Origin: a virus
Reading direction: 5' to 3' (one strand)
Length of the DNA: 64,000 bases
Virus record (IMG/VR): IMGVR_UViG_3300036823_000156
Location: 19,960-83,959 of that record
Both the position numbers and the translations under genes were made by a program. The notes under the pieces were generated by a model. It saw nothing but the letters and a program-made list of their open reading frames with translations, was not told where the DNA came from and did not search any database. Shown here piece after piece: positions 55,780 to 64,000 of the stretch. The first letter of the stretch is position 1, and each line of letters begins with the position of its first letter.

Positions 55780-57972
55780 GTGCCTGTCGAACTGACCGAG
55801 GAACAGACCAAGGCGGTGGACCTGTGTGCCAGCCGCCTGCGGTCCAGGATCCCACTGTCCACCTTGTTCGGTCCGGCTGGCTGTGTGGCCGGGGAGACCG
55901 AGCTGTGGGACCCGGTGGCGATGCGTGGACGCCGCATCGACGAGTTGGAAGCGACAGGGGCTCGCCCCTGGGTGCAGACGCTCGCCGGTCCGGTATTGGC
56001 CGAGGTGCCGTTCAAGAAAGGTGTCGCGGATCTCTATCGAATCGTGCTGGCTTCCGGGCGATCTCTTGTCGCGACCGCTGATCATCTGTGTCTGACGCCA
56101 GACGGATGGACCTTCGTCGGTTCGCTCGCGCCGGGCAAGGCACTCCTGTCAGGGTCGCCTTCAGATGAGCCGCGTTGTTCGGAAACAGCCGAAGGTTGCA
56201 TGGATCGTTGTTGCTCGTGTTCTGGTCAATATGATCCACTACTTCCTCGTGGGTCAGTGGCCGACCGAGCGTTTTCGCCATCACGATCCGGTGTTCTCGC
56301 ACATATCCATGGCTGTTCGCCTCGGGATGACCAGGAACCCACAGCAGGACGTAGCCGTGCTTGTCCAGCACCCGACCCCCGCGCCATGCCGGATTCGAGC
56401 GGCCCGATGTGTTGCGTGCCATCGGATGGTCGCTGGGCGGCTGCCGCCACACTGGTCGCTGGATGCCGTGACGAGTCAGGTAGCTGCGAACAGCACTCTG
56501 GTTCGTCCCAACGGTCCGACCGATGGCATCGAGCGTCGCGCCTGCTTCCGCCATCCGCACGACTACTTCGTGTTGCTTCTCGCACGCACCCACTCGGCCG
56601 TGTCGGGACCAGTGCGAGTGATCGCGCGAGACATCTCGCGCTTTCAGGCCGTGGCGTTTCAGGTATTTATGCACCGTTGAGCGGTCGACGTGCAGAAGCC
56701 CAGCTATCTGCAGAGCACTCCAGCCTTGGTCGATCTTGGACAGGATCTCCTCGTGGCGCAGCGCAAGATCAGGCGATCGGCGGCGTTGTCTCTCATTATC
56801 GGTCACAGTGGGAACCTATCATCAGTGTCAGCTACGTGCGCACGGACACGTACTACGACCTGCATGTTCCTGGTGAGGAGCACTATCTGGCTGACGGAAT
56901 CTGGTCACACAACACGGGCAAGACCGAGGTGGCCCGGCACATCGCCGCGCGGCTGGGCGGGGACGTGGCGTTCTGCGCGCCGACCGGCAAGGCGGCGCTG
57001 GTGCTGCGCAACCGGGGCGTGCCGGCCAGCACCGTGCACTCGCTGATCTACCGGCCGCTGGGCGTGTCGCAGCGGATGCTGGAGGAGGCGCAGCGCAAGC
57101 TGGGCGACGCCGAACGCCGGGGCAACCAGCGGCTGTCCCTGGCGCTGCGGGCGGAGATCACCAAGCTGATCGAGATGGTCAACTCGCCCAAGTTCGTGCT
57201 GCGGGAGAAGGAGGAGGTCGGCCCCTACTCGGCCATCGTGGTGGACGAGTCCAGCATGGTCAGTGAGGAGATGCTGACCGACCTGATGTCCTTCGGCATC
57301 CCGGTGCTGGCGCTGGGGGACCCGGCCCAGCTGCCGCCCGTCAAGGCGACCACCCCGCTGGCCGAGGTCGGCTACCGGCCGACGGTGATGCTGACCCAGA
57401 TGCACCGCTTCGCGTTGGAGAGCCCGATCAACCGGCTGGCCACCGAGGTTCGGATGGCCCGCAACCCCCGGGCGATCAGTTCGTGGCTGCCGGAGGGCAG
57501 CGGCGTCAACATGGTCAGGACGTTCCTGTTCACCGACGAGCAGGCGGCCGGCCTGCTGGCCTGGGACCAGGTCCTGTGCGGACGCAACGCCACCCGTATC
57601 AGGTTGAACGCGCAGCTGCGTTCGATCAAGGGCCTGCCGCACAACGAGCTGGACGACGAGGACCGGATGATCTGCCTGCGCAACGACCCCCAGCACGACC
57701 TGGTCAACGGCGAGCAGTACACGGTGAAGGAGCTCGCCGCCAACGACGTCCCCGAACGGATGATCACCTCGGTCGAGGGCTGGACGGCCGAGAACGTACG
57801 CCCCCAGTTCGCGTTCGGCTACGTCTCCACCGTCCACAAGGCACAGGGCAGCGAGTGGGACAACGTGGTGATCTTCGACGAGAGCCAGATCTTCCGGCAG
57901 GACGACTGGAAGTGGCTCTACACCGGGATCACCCGCGCGGCCAAGGCGGTCTGCGTGGTGCGCTGTGCCTAG
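55780..57972 (+). CDS. RecD/Dda-like SF1B helicase with an intein in its Walker A
   Basis: GPAG|intein|TGKT, APTGKAA, STVHS, VDESSM, GDPAQLPPV, TVHKAQGSEW, YTGITRA. Confidence 0.9.
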   Translation: MPVELTEEQTKAVDLCASRLRSRIPLSTLFGPAGCVAGETELWDPVAMRGRRIDELEATGARPWVQTLAGPVLAEVPFKKGVADLYRIVLASGRSLVATADHLCLTPDGWTFVGSLAPGKALLSGSPSDEPRCSETAEGCMDRCCSCSGQYDPLLPRGSVADRAFSPSRSGVLAHIHGCSPRDDQEPTAGRSRACPAPDPRAMPDSSGPMCCVPSDGRWAAAATLVAGCRDESGSCEQHSGSSQRSDRWHRASRLLPPSARLLRVASRTHPLGRVGTSASDRARHLALSGRGVSGIYAPLSGRRAEAQLSAEHSSLGRSWTGSPRGAAQDQAIGGVVSHYRSQWEPIISVSYVRTDTYYDLHVPGEEHYLADGIWSHNTGKTEVARHIAARLGGDVAFCAPTGKAALVLRNRGVPASTVHSLIYRPLGVSQRMLEEAQRKLGDAERRGNQRLSLALRAEITKLIEMVNSPKFVLREKEEVGPYSAIVVDESSMVSEEMLTDLMSFGIPVLALGDPAQLPPVKATTPLAEVGYRPTVMLTQMHRFALESPINRLATEVRMARNPRAISSWLPEGSGVNMVRTFLFTDEQAAGLLAWDQVLCGRNATRIRLNAQLRSIKGLPHNELDDEDRMICLRNDPQHDLVNGEQYTVKELAANDVPERMITSVEGWTAENVRPQFAFGYVSTVHKAQGSEWDNVVIFDESQIFRQDDWKWLYTGITRAAKAVCVVRCA
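55882..56913 (+). mobile_element. Intein (344 aa)
   Basis: Starts CVAGET, block B ATADH, ends YYDLHV...HYLADGIWSHN followed by T+1. Confidence 0.92.
56012..56806 (-). CDS. HNH homing endonuclease with N-terminal HTHs, antisense within the intein
   Basis: NPAWRGG...GYV..HP.A...GYVREHR.VM...LGR.L...EVVDHID....NN...NL. Confidence 0.85.
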   Translation of the reverse strand: MTDNERQRRRSPDLALRHEEILSKIDQGWSALQIAGLLHVDRSTVHKYLKRHGLKARDVSRDHSHWSRHGRVGACEKQHEVVVRMAEAGATLDAIGRTVGTNQSAVRSYLTRHGIQRPVWRQPPSDHPMARNTSGRSNPAWRGGRVLDKHGYVLLWVPGHPEANSHGYVREHRIVMAKTLGRPLTHEEVVDHIDQNTSNNDPCNLRLFPNNAAHLKATLTGVPCPARANRRRSIRLASDTDDQRSRQEIARKPARFDRDPRHLS

Positions 57973-58338
57973 GTGGAAGTGGCGGCACAGCAAGGAAGTG
58001 CTGGACCGCATCGACACGCTGATCGGCCGGCGCTGCTGGCTGTGCGGTGCGGCGGGCGGTTTCTGCCGGGACGTGTGCCGGGTCGAGAGTGGCCGGCAGT
58101 GGGAGTTCCGAGTGAACATCCCGTCTGAGTACGTGGTCTGCGACGAGTCGAATGTCGCATCTCCCGAGGCAGTGGCCGCTTTCGAGCGGCGTCAGCGGGC
58201 CCCCGCGCCCGCTTTCCGGCGGCCACCCGTGATCAGCGTGCAGACGGGCCCGGCACGCATGTACGTGGCTGCTCCGGGCGATCCGGAATGGCACGACATC
58301 GGATGGACAACCAACGATCTCCTTGGAAGGAGTCTTTA

Positions 58339-58953
58339 GTGGACAGTAACGATGTGATGCGCAAGACGTTGCAGGACATCATGACCAGCCTGAAGCGTTT
58401 CGAGACCGAGGTGCTTCTGGCGTTGCGGCACGTCGAATCGGAGCGCTCCGCGGTGGCTGCGGCGGCGGACACGGATGCCATGCGGCTGATCGTGAAGGTG
58501 CTGGCGGCGACCGGGCCGGTGAAGCTCTCGCGGGAGGTACTGGAGTCGGAGACGCCGGGGCTGCTGGAGATGTACCACAACCCGATCGACTACAGCGAGA
58601 CCGTACGGCTGGTGCCGACGTCGGGCGCTCGGACCGGCTGGGTCGCGCTGGCCGGGCAACTCGTGGGCAACGGGATGGACGGCTTCCACACCGTGCACAA
58701 CTGGGACGGCCGCTACTACGACACGTATGCCGAGGCCGAGAAGGCCGGGTGGCAGCTGGCCGTCGACACCGACGACTTCCGCAACGCGCACGTGAGCGAG
58801 GGCGTGCTGGACTGGCTCGGTTTCGACGGCCAGAAGTTCAGCCCGGACAGCGACCACTGGGAGGACTACTGCGACACCGCCGCCGAGTTCGGCTGGGCGG
58901 TGGACTCGGTCGAGGCCATTCTGGCGTCTCCTGTGGAGGTGCCGCGTGGCTGA
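58339..58953 (+). CDS. Hypothetical protein
   Basis: AAGGAG RBS. Confidence 0.6.
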   Translation: MDSNDVMRKTLQDIMTSLKRFETEVLLALRHVESERSAVAAAADTDAMRLIVKVLAATGPVKLSREVLESETPGLLEMYHNPIDYSETVRLVPTSGARTGWVALAGQLVGNGMDGFHTVHNWDGRYYDTYAEAEKAGWQLAVDTDDFRNAHVSEGVLDWLGFDGQKFSPDSDHWEDYCDTAAEFGWAVDSVEAILASPVEVPRG

Positions 58954-59149
58954 GTACACCGACGCCGTGCGGGCGGCGGCCCAGCGGTTGCGCAACCACC
59001 TGAACTACCAGATCGTGCGGGAAGACCTGGGTCGCCACGCGGCCGACGACATCCAGACCGTGGTCGACGCCATTCTGGCGACTCCTCGGCACGAGGACCC
59101 GTGCGACGACATCCGGCTGTGCGCCGAGACGGAGGTGCCGCGTGGCTAG
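58946..59149 (+). CDS. Hypothetical protein
   Basis: GGAGG RBS. Confidence 0.55.
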   Translation: MAEYTDAVRAAAQRLRNHLNYQIVREDLGRHAADDIQTVVDAILATPRHEDPCDDIRLCAETEVPRG

Positions 59150-59251
59150 GCGGGACAAGGAGGAGCGGCCCGAGGAGCGGCGCGGGCTGACTCCGGCCGA
59201 GCAGGCGGAGATCCGGCGCCGGGCGGCCGAGATCGAGGCGGAGCGGAAGAA

Positions 59252-59629
59252 ATGAAGCTGATGCCGAGGTTCGTGCTGAGCCACAACCAGTACGCGGTGG
59301 ACCTGAACTCCTTCCGGATCGACTCGGACTGCGGGGTGCGGGTGAACGCGTACTGGTTCCGGCGGCGCCGGGGCGTGGACGTGGCGTGCCTGGGGTTCCT
59401 GTGGGGCTACCAGGGCGTGCACAGCATGCCCCCGTGGACGGCGCTGGAGTTCCTGGAGCGCCTGACCGACAACCGGTACGGCGGCACGTGCGAGGGCCGC
59501 TGGGACGGGCAGGGCTACTGGGGCTCGGAGGACCCGGTGACGGTCGCGACCCACCTGGAGACGCTCAGGCCGATGCTGCGTCAGTGGGGCCACGTCCCGC
59601 CGCACACGACCGGGTGGTGGGAGCTGTGA
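59252..59629 (+). CDS. Hypothetical protein
   Basis: Coupled ORF. Confidence 0.55.
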   Translation: MKLMPRFVLSHNQYAVDLNSFRIDSDCGVRVNAYWFRRRRGVDVACLGFLWGYQGVHSMPPWTALEFLERLTDNRYGGTCEGRWDGQGYWGSEDPVTVATHLETLRPMLRQWGHVPPHTTGWWEL

Positions 59630-59846
59630 ACGTCCAGATCGACCTCGTGGAGGCGGAGGCGGAGGAGGGCGACGAACGCACGGTGTTGCTGTGGCTGACC
59701 ATGCCGCAGGCCCCGGCGGTCGGGGACACCCTGGAGATCCGCAGTGACGAAGACCGTGCGGCGCGCACCTACGTGGTGCTCGGCGTGCACTGGGTGCTGC
59801 ATTCGGACGCGCGCGTGCTGCCCTCGGTGATCGTGGAGGTGCGCCG

Positions 59847-60251
59847 GTGAGCCGCCTGCTGGTGACCGGGTCCCGGGCGTGGACGGACGTGCCGGCGCTG
59901 CGGGCGCGGCTGTGGCAGGCGGTTGTCGAACTGGGCGGGTCGGAGGCGGTGACGCTGGTGCACGGCGGCTGCCCGCTCGGGGCGGACGCGATGGCGATGG
60001 CCGCGTGGGGTGCGTGGGGACTGGGCCTGATGGAGGTCTTTCCCCCGGACCTGGCGCGGCACGGCTCGCCCTGGGCCTACCGCATCCGCAACCAGCAGAT
60101 GGTGAACGCCGGGGCGGCGCTGTGCCTGGCGTTCGTGGTGGACGTGCCGGGCTGCTCGCGCGGCACCCGGATGACGATGGGTATGGCGCGGCGGGCGGGA
60201 ATCCCGGTGGTGGAAGTGGTGCAGAGTCAGGAGAAAGCAGGTGGCAGTTAG
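59847..60251 (+). CDS. SLOG family (DUF2493/YspA-like) protein
   Basis: LLVTGSR.W, VHGGC..GAD, IRNQ.MV, SRGT. Confidence 0.85.
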   Translation: MSRLLVTGSRAWTDVPALRARLWQAVVELGGSEAVTLVHGGCPLGADAMAMAAWGAWGLGLMEVFPPDLARHGSPWAYRIRNQQMVNAGAALCLAFVVDVPGCSRGTRMTMGMARRAGIPVVEVVQSQEKAGGS

Positions 60252-61023
60252 CAAGAAGCCCACCTTTCGGCGGGAGCCGGAGGAGGAGTACATCTACCGC
60301 TCACTGGACCGGGCCGAGCTGTTCCGGAAGGTTCGCTACGGACTTTTCGACGCGGCCGGGGAACGGGTGGACAAGGCGTTCGGGTACTCCTATCAATCCG
60401 GGGAATCCAAGACCTCTCATGCCTATGACAACTGGGAGAGAGACAAGCCGCAGATCGCCGACCGAATCCCGTTCTTCTTGCCCGAGCTGATGGACGCCGT
60501 GGCCGGCGGCTACGACGTGTTGTTGACTGCTGGGGAAAAAGACGCCTGCGCGTCCGTCAATGCGTGGGGGATGGTCGCCACGACCATGCACCAGGGCGAG
60601 AGCGTGGGATGGGACAACCAGCAAATCGCCTGGCTGCCCCGCTTCGACCGGCTGCGCGAGTCTGGGTGCGAGCGCAGTCGGCTGTGGATCGTGGCTGACC
60701 GGGATCCGACCGGGTGGCTGCACGCCTGGCGCACCTACCGGCAACTGCTCAACGGGAAGGTCGGCGCGTGGGACAAGCACTACGTATGCGTGCTGGCCCC
60801 CGCCGTGCACGGGCACGGGGCCGACCTGGCCGACCACATCGCATTGGGTGAACGGGCAGGAAGTTTCGACGAACTAGAAATTGTTGATCTTCATTGGCTG
60901 GAAGAAGAAGCAGGAGACGCACTGGTAGCGCGGCATAGAACAGGCGGCGCAAAGTATTGGCAGGGATCGGGCCCGTACGCGGCGGGGTATGAACTGCCAC
61001 GGCAATATGAACAGGAGTCGTGA
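60241..61023 (+). CDS. Toprim-domain primase-like protein
   Basis: GEKDA...ATT...IVADRD..G...DLADH. Confidence 0.72.
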   Translation: MAVSKKPTFRREPEEEYIYRSLDRAELFRKVRYGLFDAAGERVDKAFGYSYQSGESKTSHAYDNWERDKPQIADRIPFFLPELMDAVAGGYDVLLTAGEKDACASVNAWGMVATTMHQGESVGWDNQQIAWLPRFDRLRESGCERSRLWIVADRDPTGWLHAWRTYRQLLNGKVGAWDKHYVCVLAPAVHGHGADLADHIALGERAGSFDELEIVDLHWLEEEAGDALVARHRTGGAKYWQGSGPYAAGYELPRQYEQES

Positions 61024-61027
61024 GCAG

Positions 61028-62764
61028 ATGGGTTCAGCAATGAAGCCCGCCGATGTTGTCACTGTCGGGCAGATGGAAGCGCTCCGAGCGCGCAAAGCTT
61101 CGGGAGCGGGCCCTGGTCGTCTCACGACCGCCCAACGTCGGGCGCTGCGGGAATTGGAGAAAGAAGAAGCTCGGCTGATCGACTGGGCCGACAACGGAAC
61201 GCCGCAGGGCGCGTCAGGCGGCGCGGACGCGCCGCACCCGATCTTCTTCGAGTTCATGGACACCTCGGTGGCGCTGCGGCTGTACGAGGAGGTGATCTCC
61301 GGGCGCTACATCTGGGTGGCCGGGCTGGGGTGGCACCGGTGGACCGGCAAGCGGTGGAAAGGCTGCGGAGACGTCGGCATCGCGGCGAAGGTGGCCGAGG
61401 CGGTGCGCGAGTGGGCGGTGGCCTACCTGCGGGACGCGGACGCGGAGCGGGCCAAGAAGTGCGTGGGCCTCAACGCGGAGGGCAAGGTGGCCGCGCTGTG
61501 CCGGCTGCTGCGCGGGCACGCCGAGATCGAGATGAGCCTGCTGGACGCCGATCCGGACCTGTTCAACGTGGCCAACGGCGTGCTGAACCTGCGGACCGGC
61601 CAGCTGGAGGACCACGACACCGTGCGGATGCGCGGGGTCTTCATCACCAAGCTGTCCGAGGTGGCCTACGTCGAGGACGCGCACGTCGGGCACGGCAGCG
61701 GCGCGATCACCTGGCGCCGCGCCCTGGAAGCGGTCCCGGCCGACGTGCGCGAGTGGCTGCGGGTGCGACTGGGGCAGGCCCTGACCGGACACCCGCCCGA
61801 GGACGACATGCTGCCCCTGCTGCACGGCAGCGGCGCCAACGGCAAGAGTTCGTTCCTGGGGGCGGTCGCCGCCGCTGCCGGCGAGTACTCGGTGCTGCTG
61901 GACGACAAGGTGATCCTCGGGGACCCGGGCGGGCACTCGACCGAACTGATGGACCTGCGCGGGGCCCGGCTGGCCTGGATCGAGGAGCTGCCCGAGGGCC
62001 GCTACCTCAACGTGACCCGGCTCAAAAAGATCATGGGCACGAACGTGATCCGGGCCCGGCGGATGCGTCAGGACCCGGTCGAGTTCGCGGTGACGCACTC
62101 GCTGTTCGTGAACACCAACTACAAGCCGATCGTGACCGAGACCGACCACGGCACCTGGCGGCGGCTGGCCCTGGTCAGCTTCCCCTACACCTTCCGCAAG
62201 GGCAAGGAGAAGGGAGAGCCCCTGCGCAACGGGACGGACAAGTTGGGCAACGTGCGGCTGCGGGCCCAGCTGCGCCGCGGCCGGGCCCGGGAGGCGGTGC
62301 TGTCCTGGCTGGTCAGCGGCGCGATGGCCTGGTACGAGGCCGGCAAGGAAATGGCCGCACTGCCGGCCCGGATCGAGACCGACACAGCGGGATGGCGAGG
62401 GCAGGTGGACCTGATCGAGCAGTTCTGGGACGAGGTGCTGGTGGCGGACGCCGGTCGGCACGTGGACTCCGGGCACCTGCACACGGTCTTCATGGCGTGG
62501 TGCAAGGACAAGGGCTACAGCACGATGGTCGACCGGATCTTCCGGGCCCGGATGGAGACGCACGAGCGGACGCGGGGGGCGGAGGTCCGGTACGAGGAGA
62601 CGCGACGGGTCGACTCGGAGGCTTCGGAGGGCATGCCGGACTGGACGACATTGTCCCTTCCGGGCGGTGAGTGGATTCGGCTCAACGTCAGTGCGCATTA
62701 TCGGTACCGGTCGTGGACGGGGGTGCGGTTCGGCTCGGAGATCGGGGGCTCTGCTGGAGACTGA
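61028..62764 (+). CDS. P4/D5-family primase-associated SF3 helicase
   Basis: W.RW.G.RW, LFNV.NG, HGSGANGKS, L.GARL...EE, NTNYKP, GTWRR. Confidence 0.88.
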   Translation: MGSAMKPADVVTVGQMEALRARKASGAGPGRLTTAQRRALRELEKEEARLIDWADNGTPQGASGGADAPHPIFFEFMDTSVALRLYEEVISGRYIWVAGLGWHRWTGKRWKGCGDVGIAAKVAEAVREWAVAYLRDADAERAKKCVGLNAEGKVAALCRLLRGHAEIEMSLLDADPDLFNVANGVLNLRTGQLEDHDTVRMRGVFITKLSEVAYVEDAHVGHGSGAITWRRALEAVPADVREWLRVRLGQALTGHPPEDDMLPLLHGSGANGKSSFLGAVAAAAGEYSVLLDDKVILGDPGGHSTELMDLRGARLAWIEELPEGRYLNVTRLKKIMGTNVIRARRMRQDPVEFAVTHSLFVNTNYKPIVTETDHGTWRRLALVSFPYTFRKGKEKGEPLRNGTDKLGNVRLRAQLRRGRAREAVLSWLVSGAMAWYEAGKEMAALPARIETDTAGWRGQVDLIEQFWDEVLVADAGRHVDSGHLHTVFMAWCKDKGYSTMVDRIFRARMETHERTRGAEVRYEETRRVDSEASEGMPDWTTLSLPGGEWIRLNVSAHYRYRSWTGVRFGSEIGGSAGD

Positions 62765-63297
62765 CGAGTCGGGCTCGGGCCGGGCGGGAATGAGTTCGGG
62801 TCGGGCTCGGGGGCTGGGAGACATTGTTTTAGGTAACAGAACGGTAACGTTGACGAGGGCCGCCGAGGGCGATTCGGCGGCCCTCGGGGCGTTCGGAGAG
62901 GGATGCGGGGAGAGCGGTGAAAAAGTGGTTAGTGTTTTCGGGAAAGTACAATAACGGGTCATTTGGGTGTTTGCGCAGGTCAGCGCTTCCGGGCAAGCTG
63001 GGACAGTTAGTTTGGTCAACTGCCGATGTGCGCACGCGTAAGGGGGAACAGTAGTAGCTGTCCCAGCTAGCCCTTACTTTGATCATGGGTCTGACCTGCG
63101 GAAACAGATTGGTACTGGGACAGCTGAAACGATCTTGAAAAAAAATAAAAAGGATCGCCTGGTCGGTGCTTTGTTTCGATGTGCTACAAGCTTGTAGAAA
63201 TATACCAATGCTGGAGGGGGCTGAGAGTGGGCCGAGACGAGGGCGGAACGAGGGTGGGACGGAATGAGAAGAGGAAATGTAGAATGCGGATCAGAGG

Positions 63298-63310
63298 GTT
63301 AGTGCACATT
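63298..63310 (+). promoter_or_regulatory. Conserved motif variant GTTAGTGCACATT upstream of the terminase-small-like gene
   Basis: One mismatch to GTTAGTGTACATT; oriented with rightward transcription. Confidence 0.6.
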
Positions 63311-63357
63311 CTTGGACGGGTAGCGGGCGAGTCGTGTTCTGGGAAGGGGTGGCTCTA

Positions 63358-64000
63358 GTGGAGATTGAATTTCCTGGGTCGGAGGCGAGGATCGAGGTTC
63401 CGGCGACCAGGGGCGAGGCGACGGGGAAGAGCGAGCGGTACGCGGCGACGGTGAAGCGGGCGAGCAACGGGGGGCGGCGGGGGCCGGGTCGGCCGCCGGG
63501 GAATGCGGTGATGACGGCCCGGCGGACGGCGGCGGCGGTGCAGCGGATCCAGGAGTTGGCCGAGGCCGGGAAGACGCATGCCGAGATCGGTGAGGAACTC
63601 GGGATGACCGGGGCGATGGTGGGCAGGCACTACGCGAAGGTGCTGGAGATGGTGCCGCTGCGGACGGTTTTGCAGAGGCGGGAGTTGCAGTTGCTGCGGA
63701 TCGAGCACGCGCAGCAGCGGGTGATCGAGGTGTTGGACGCGGAGCACCCGTACGTGTCGGAGGGGCGGGAGGTGTTCCCGGTGGTGGCGTGGGAGGTGGG
63801 GGAGGACGGGAAGCGGCGGCCGGTCTACGGGGACAAGCCGTTGCAGGACGCGCGGCCGGTGCTCCAGGCGGCGGGGCAGTTGGTGGGGTTGCTCAAGCGC
63901 GAGGCCGAGACGGTGGGGACGGATGCGCCGAAGCGGATCGAGACGGTCAACACGCACGTGTCGGCGGAGGATCTGCGGATCGGCGGGGTGTTGCAGGGGT
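63358..64000 (+). CDS. Terminase small subunit-like HTH protein, 3' truncated by the window
   Basis: Open frame from GTG 63358 (not in the ORF track): GKTHAEIGEELG HTH; D..PVLQA...L...EA..VG.DAPKR. Confidence 0.65.
   Translation, partial: MEIEFPGSEARIEVPATRGEATGKSERYAATVKRASNGGRRGPGRPPGNAVMTARRTAAAVQRIQELAEAGKTHAEIGEELGMTGAMVGRHYAKVLEMVPLRTVLQRRELQLLRIEHAQQRVIEVLDAEHPYVSEGREVFPVVAWEVGEDGKRRPVYGDKPLQDARPVLQAAGQLVGLLKREAETVGTDAPKRIETVNTHVSAEDLRIGGVLQG

Noticed and set aside
58934-59147. Repeat ggaggtgccgcgtggct at 58934 and 59131 as a mobile-element end
   Set aside because: It coincides with the RBS/start/stop junctions of consecutive small genes; more likely a gene-junction duplication
63355-63957. 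Minus-strand 200-aa ORF
   Set aside because: Shadow of the + strand terminase-small-like frame that runs off the window end

Overview
High-GC actinobacteriophage (siphovirus-like) genome segment; no integrase was seen. 1-10.4 kb (+): tail module with a frameshifting tail chaperone, a tape measure protein with a lytic transglycosylase domain, Dit, minor tail proteins and a beta-helix protein. 10.4-53.1 kb (-): glycosyltransferase/methyltransferase cluster, RuvC-like resolvase, split DnaE, SSB/AAA/Cas4-like/SNF2 replication-recombination genes, Lsr2, many small ORFs, Ro60 with Y RNAs, and a leftward lysis cassette. 53.2-64 kb (+): HTH, intein-containing RecD/Dda-like helicase, Toprim primase, P4/D5 helicase and the start of a terminase-small-like gene. 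The main highlight is an RNA-guided-system island at 31.3-35.0 kb with two modules. (i) A lone RAMP/Cas7-like gene with five (GGC-NN)n pentamer tracts separated by mini tRNA-like T-arm elements (VIPR-like); the NN letters read like codon positions 1-2. (ii) A Nop/IS110-like (TasA-like) gene flanked by stem-loop arrays of CCA-N9-loop-CCA-N9 units (TIGR-like), plus an orphan array at 45.4-46.3 kb. Other highlights are an antisense HNH endonuclease nested in an intein, tandem Y RNAs and a tmRNA-shaped ncRNA. All protein family calls come from motif recognition by eye, not database searches.
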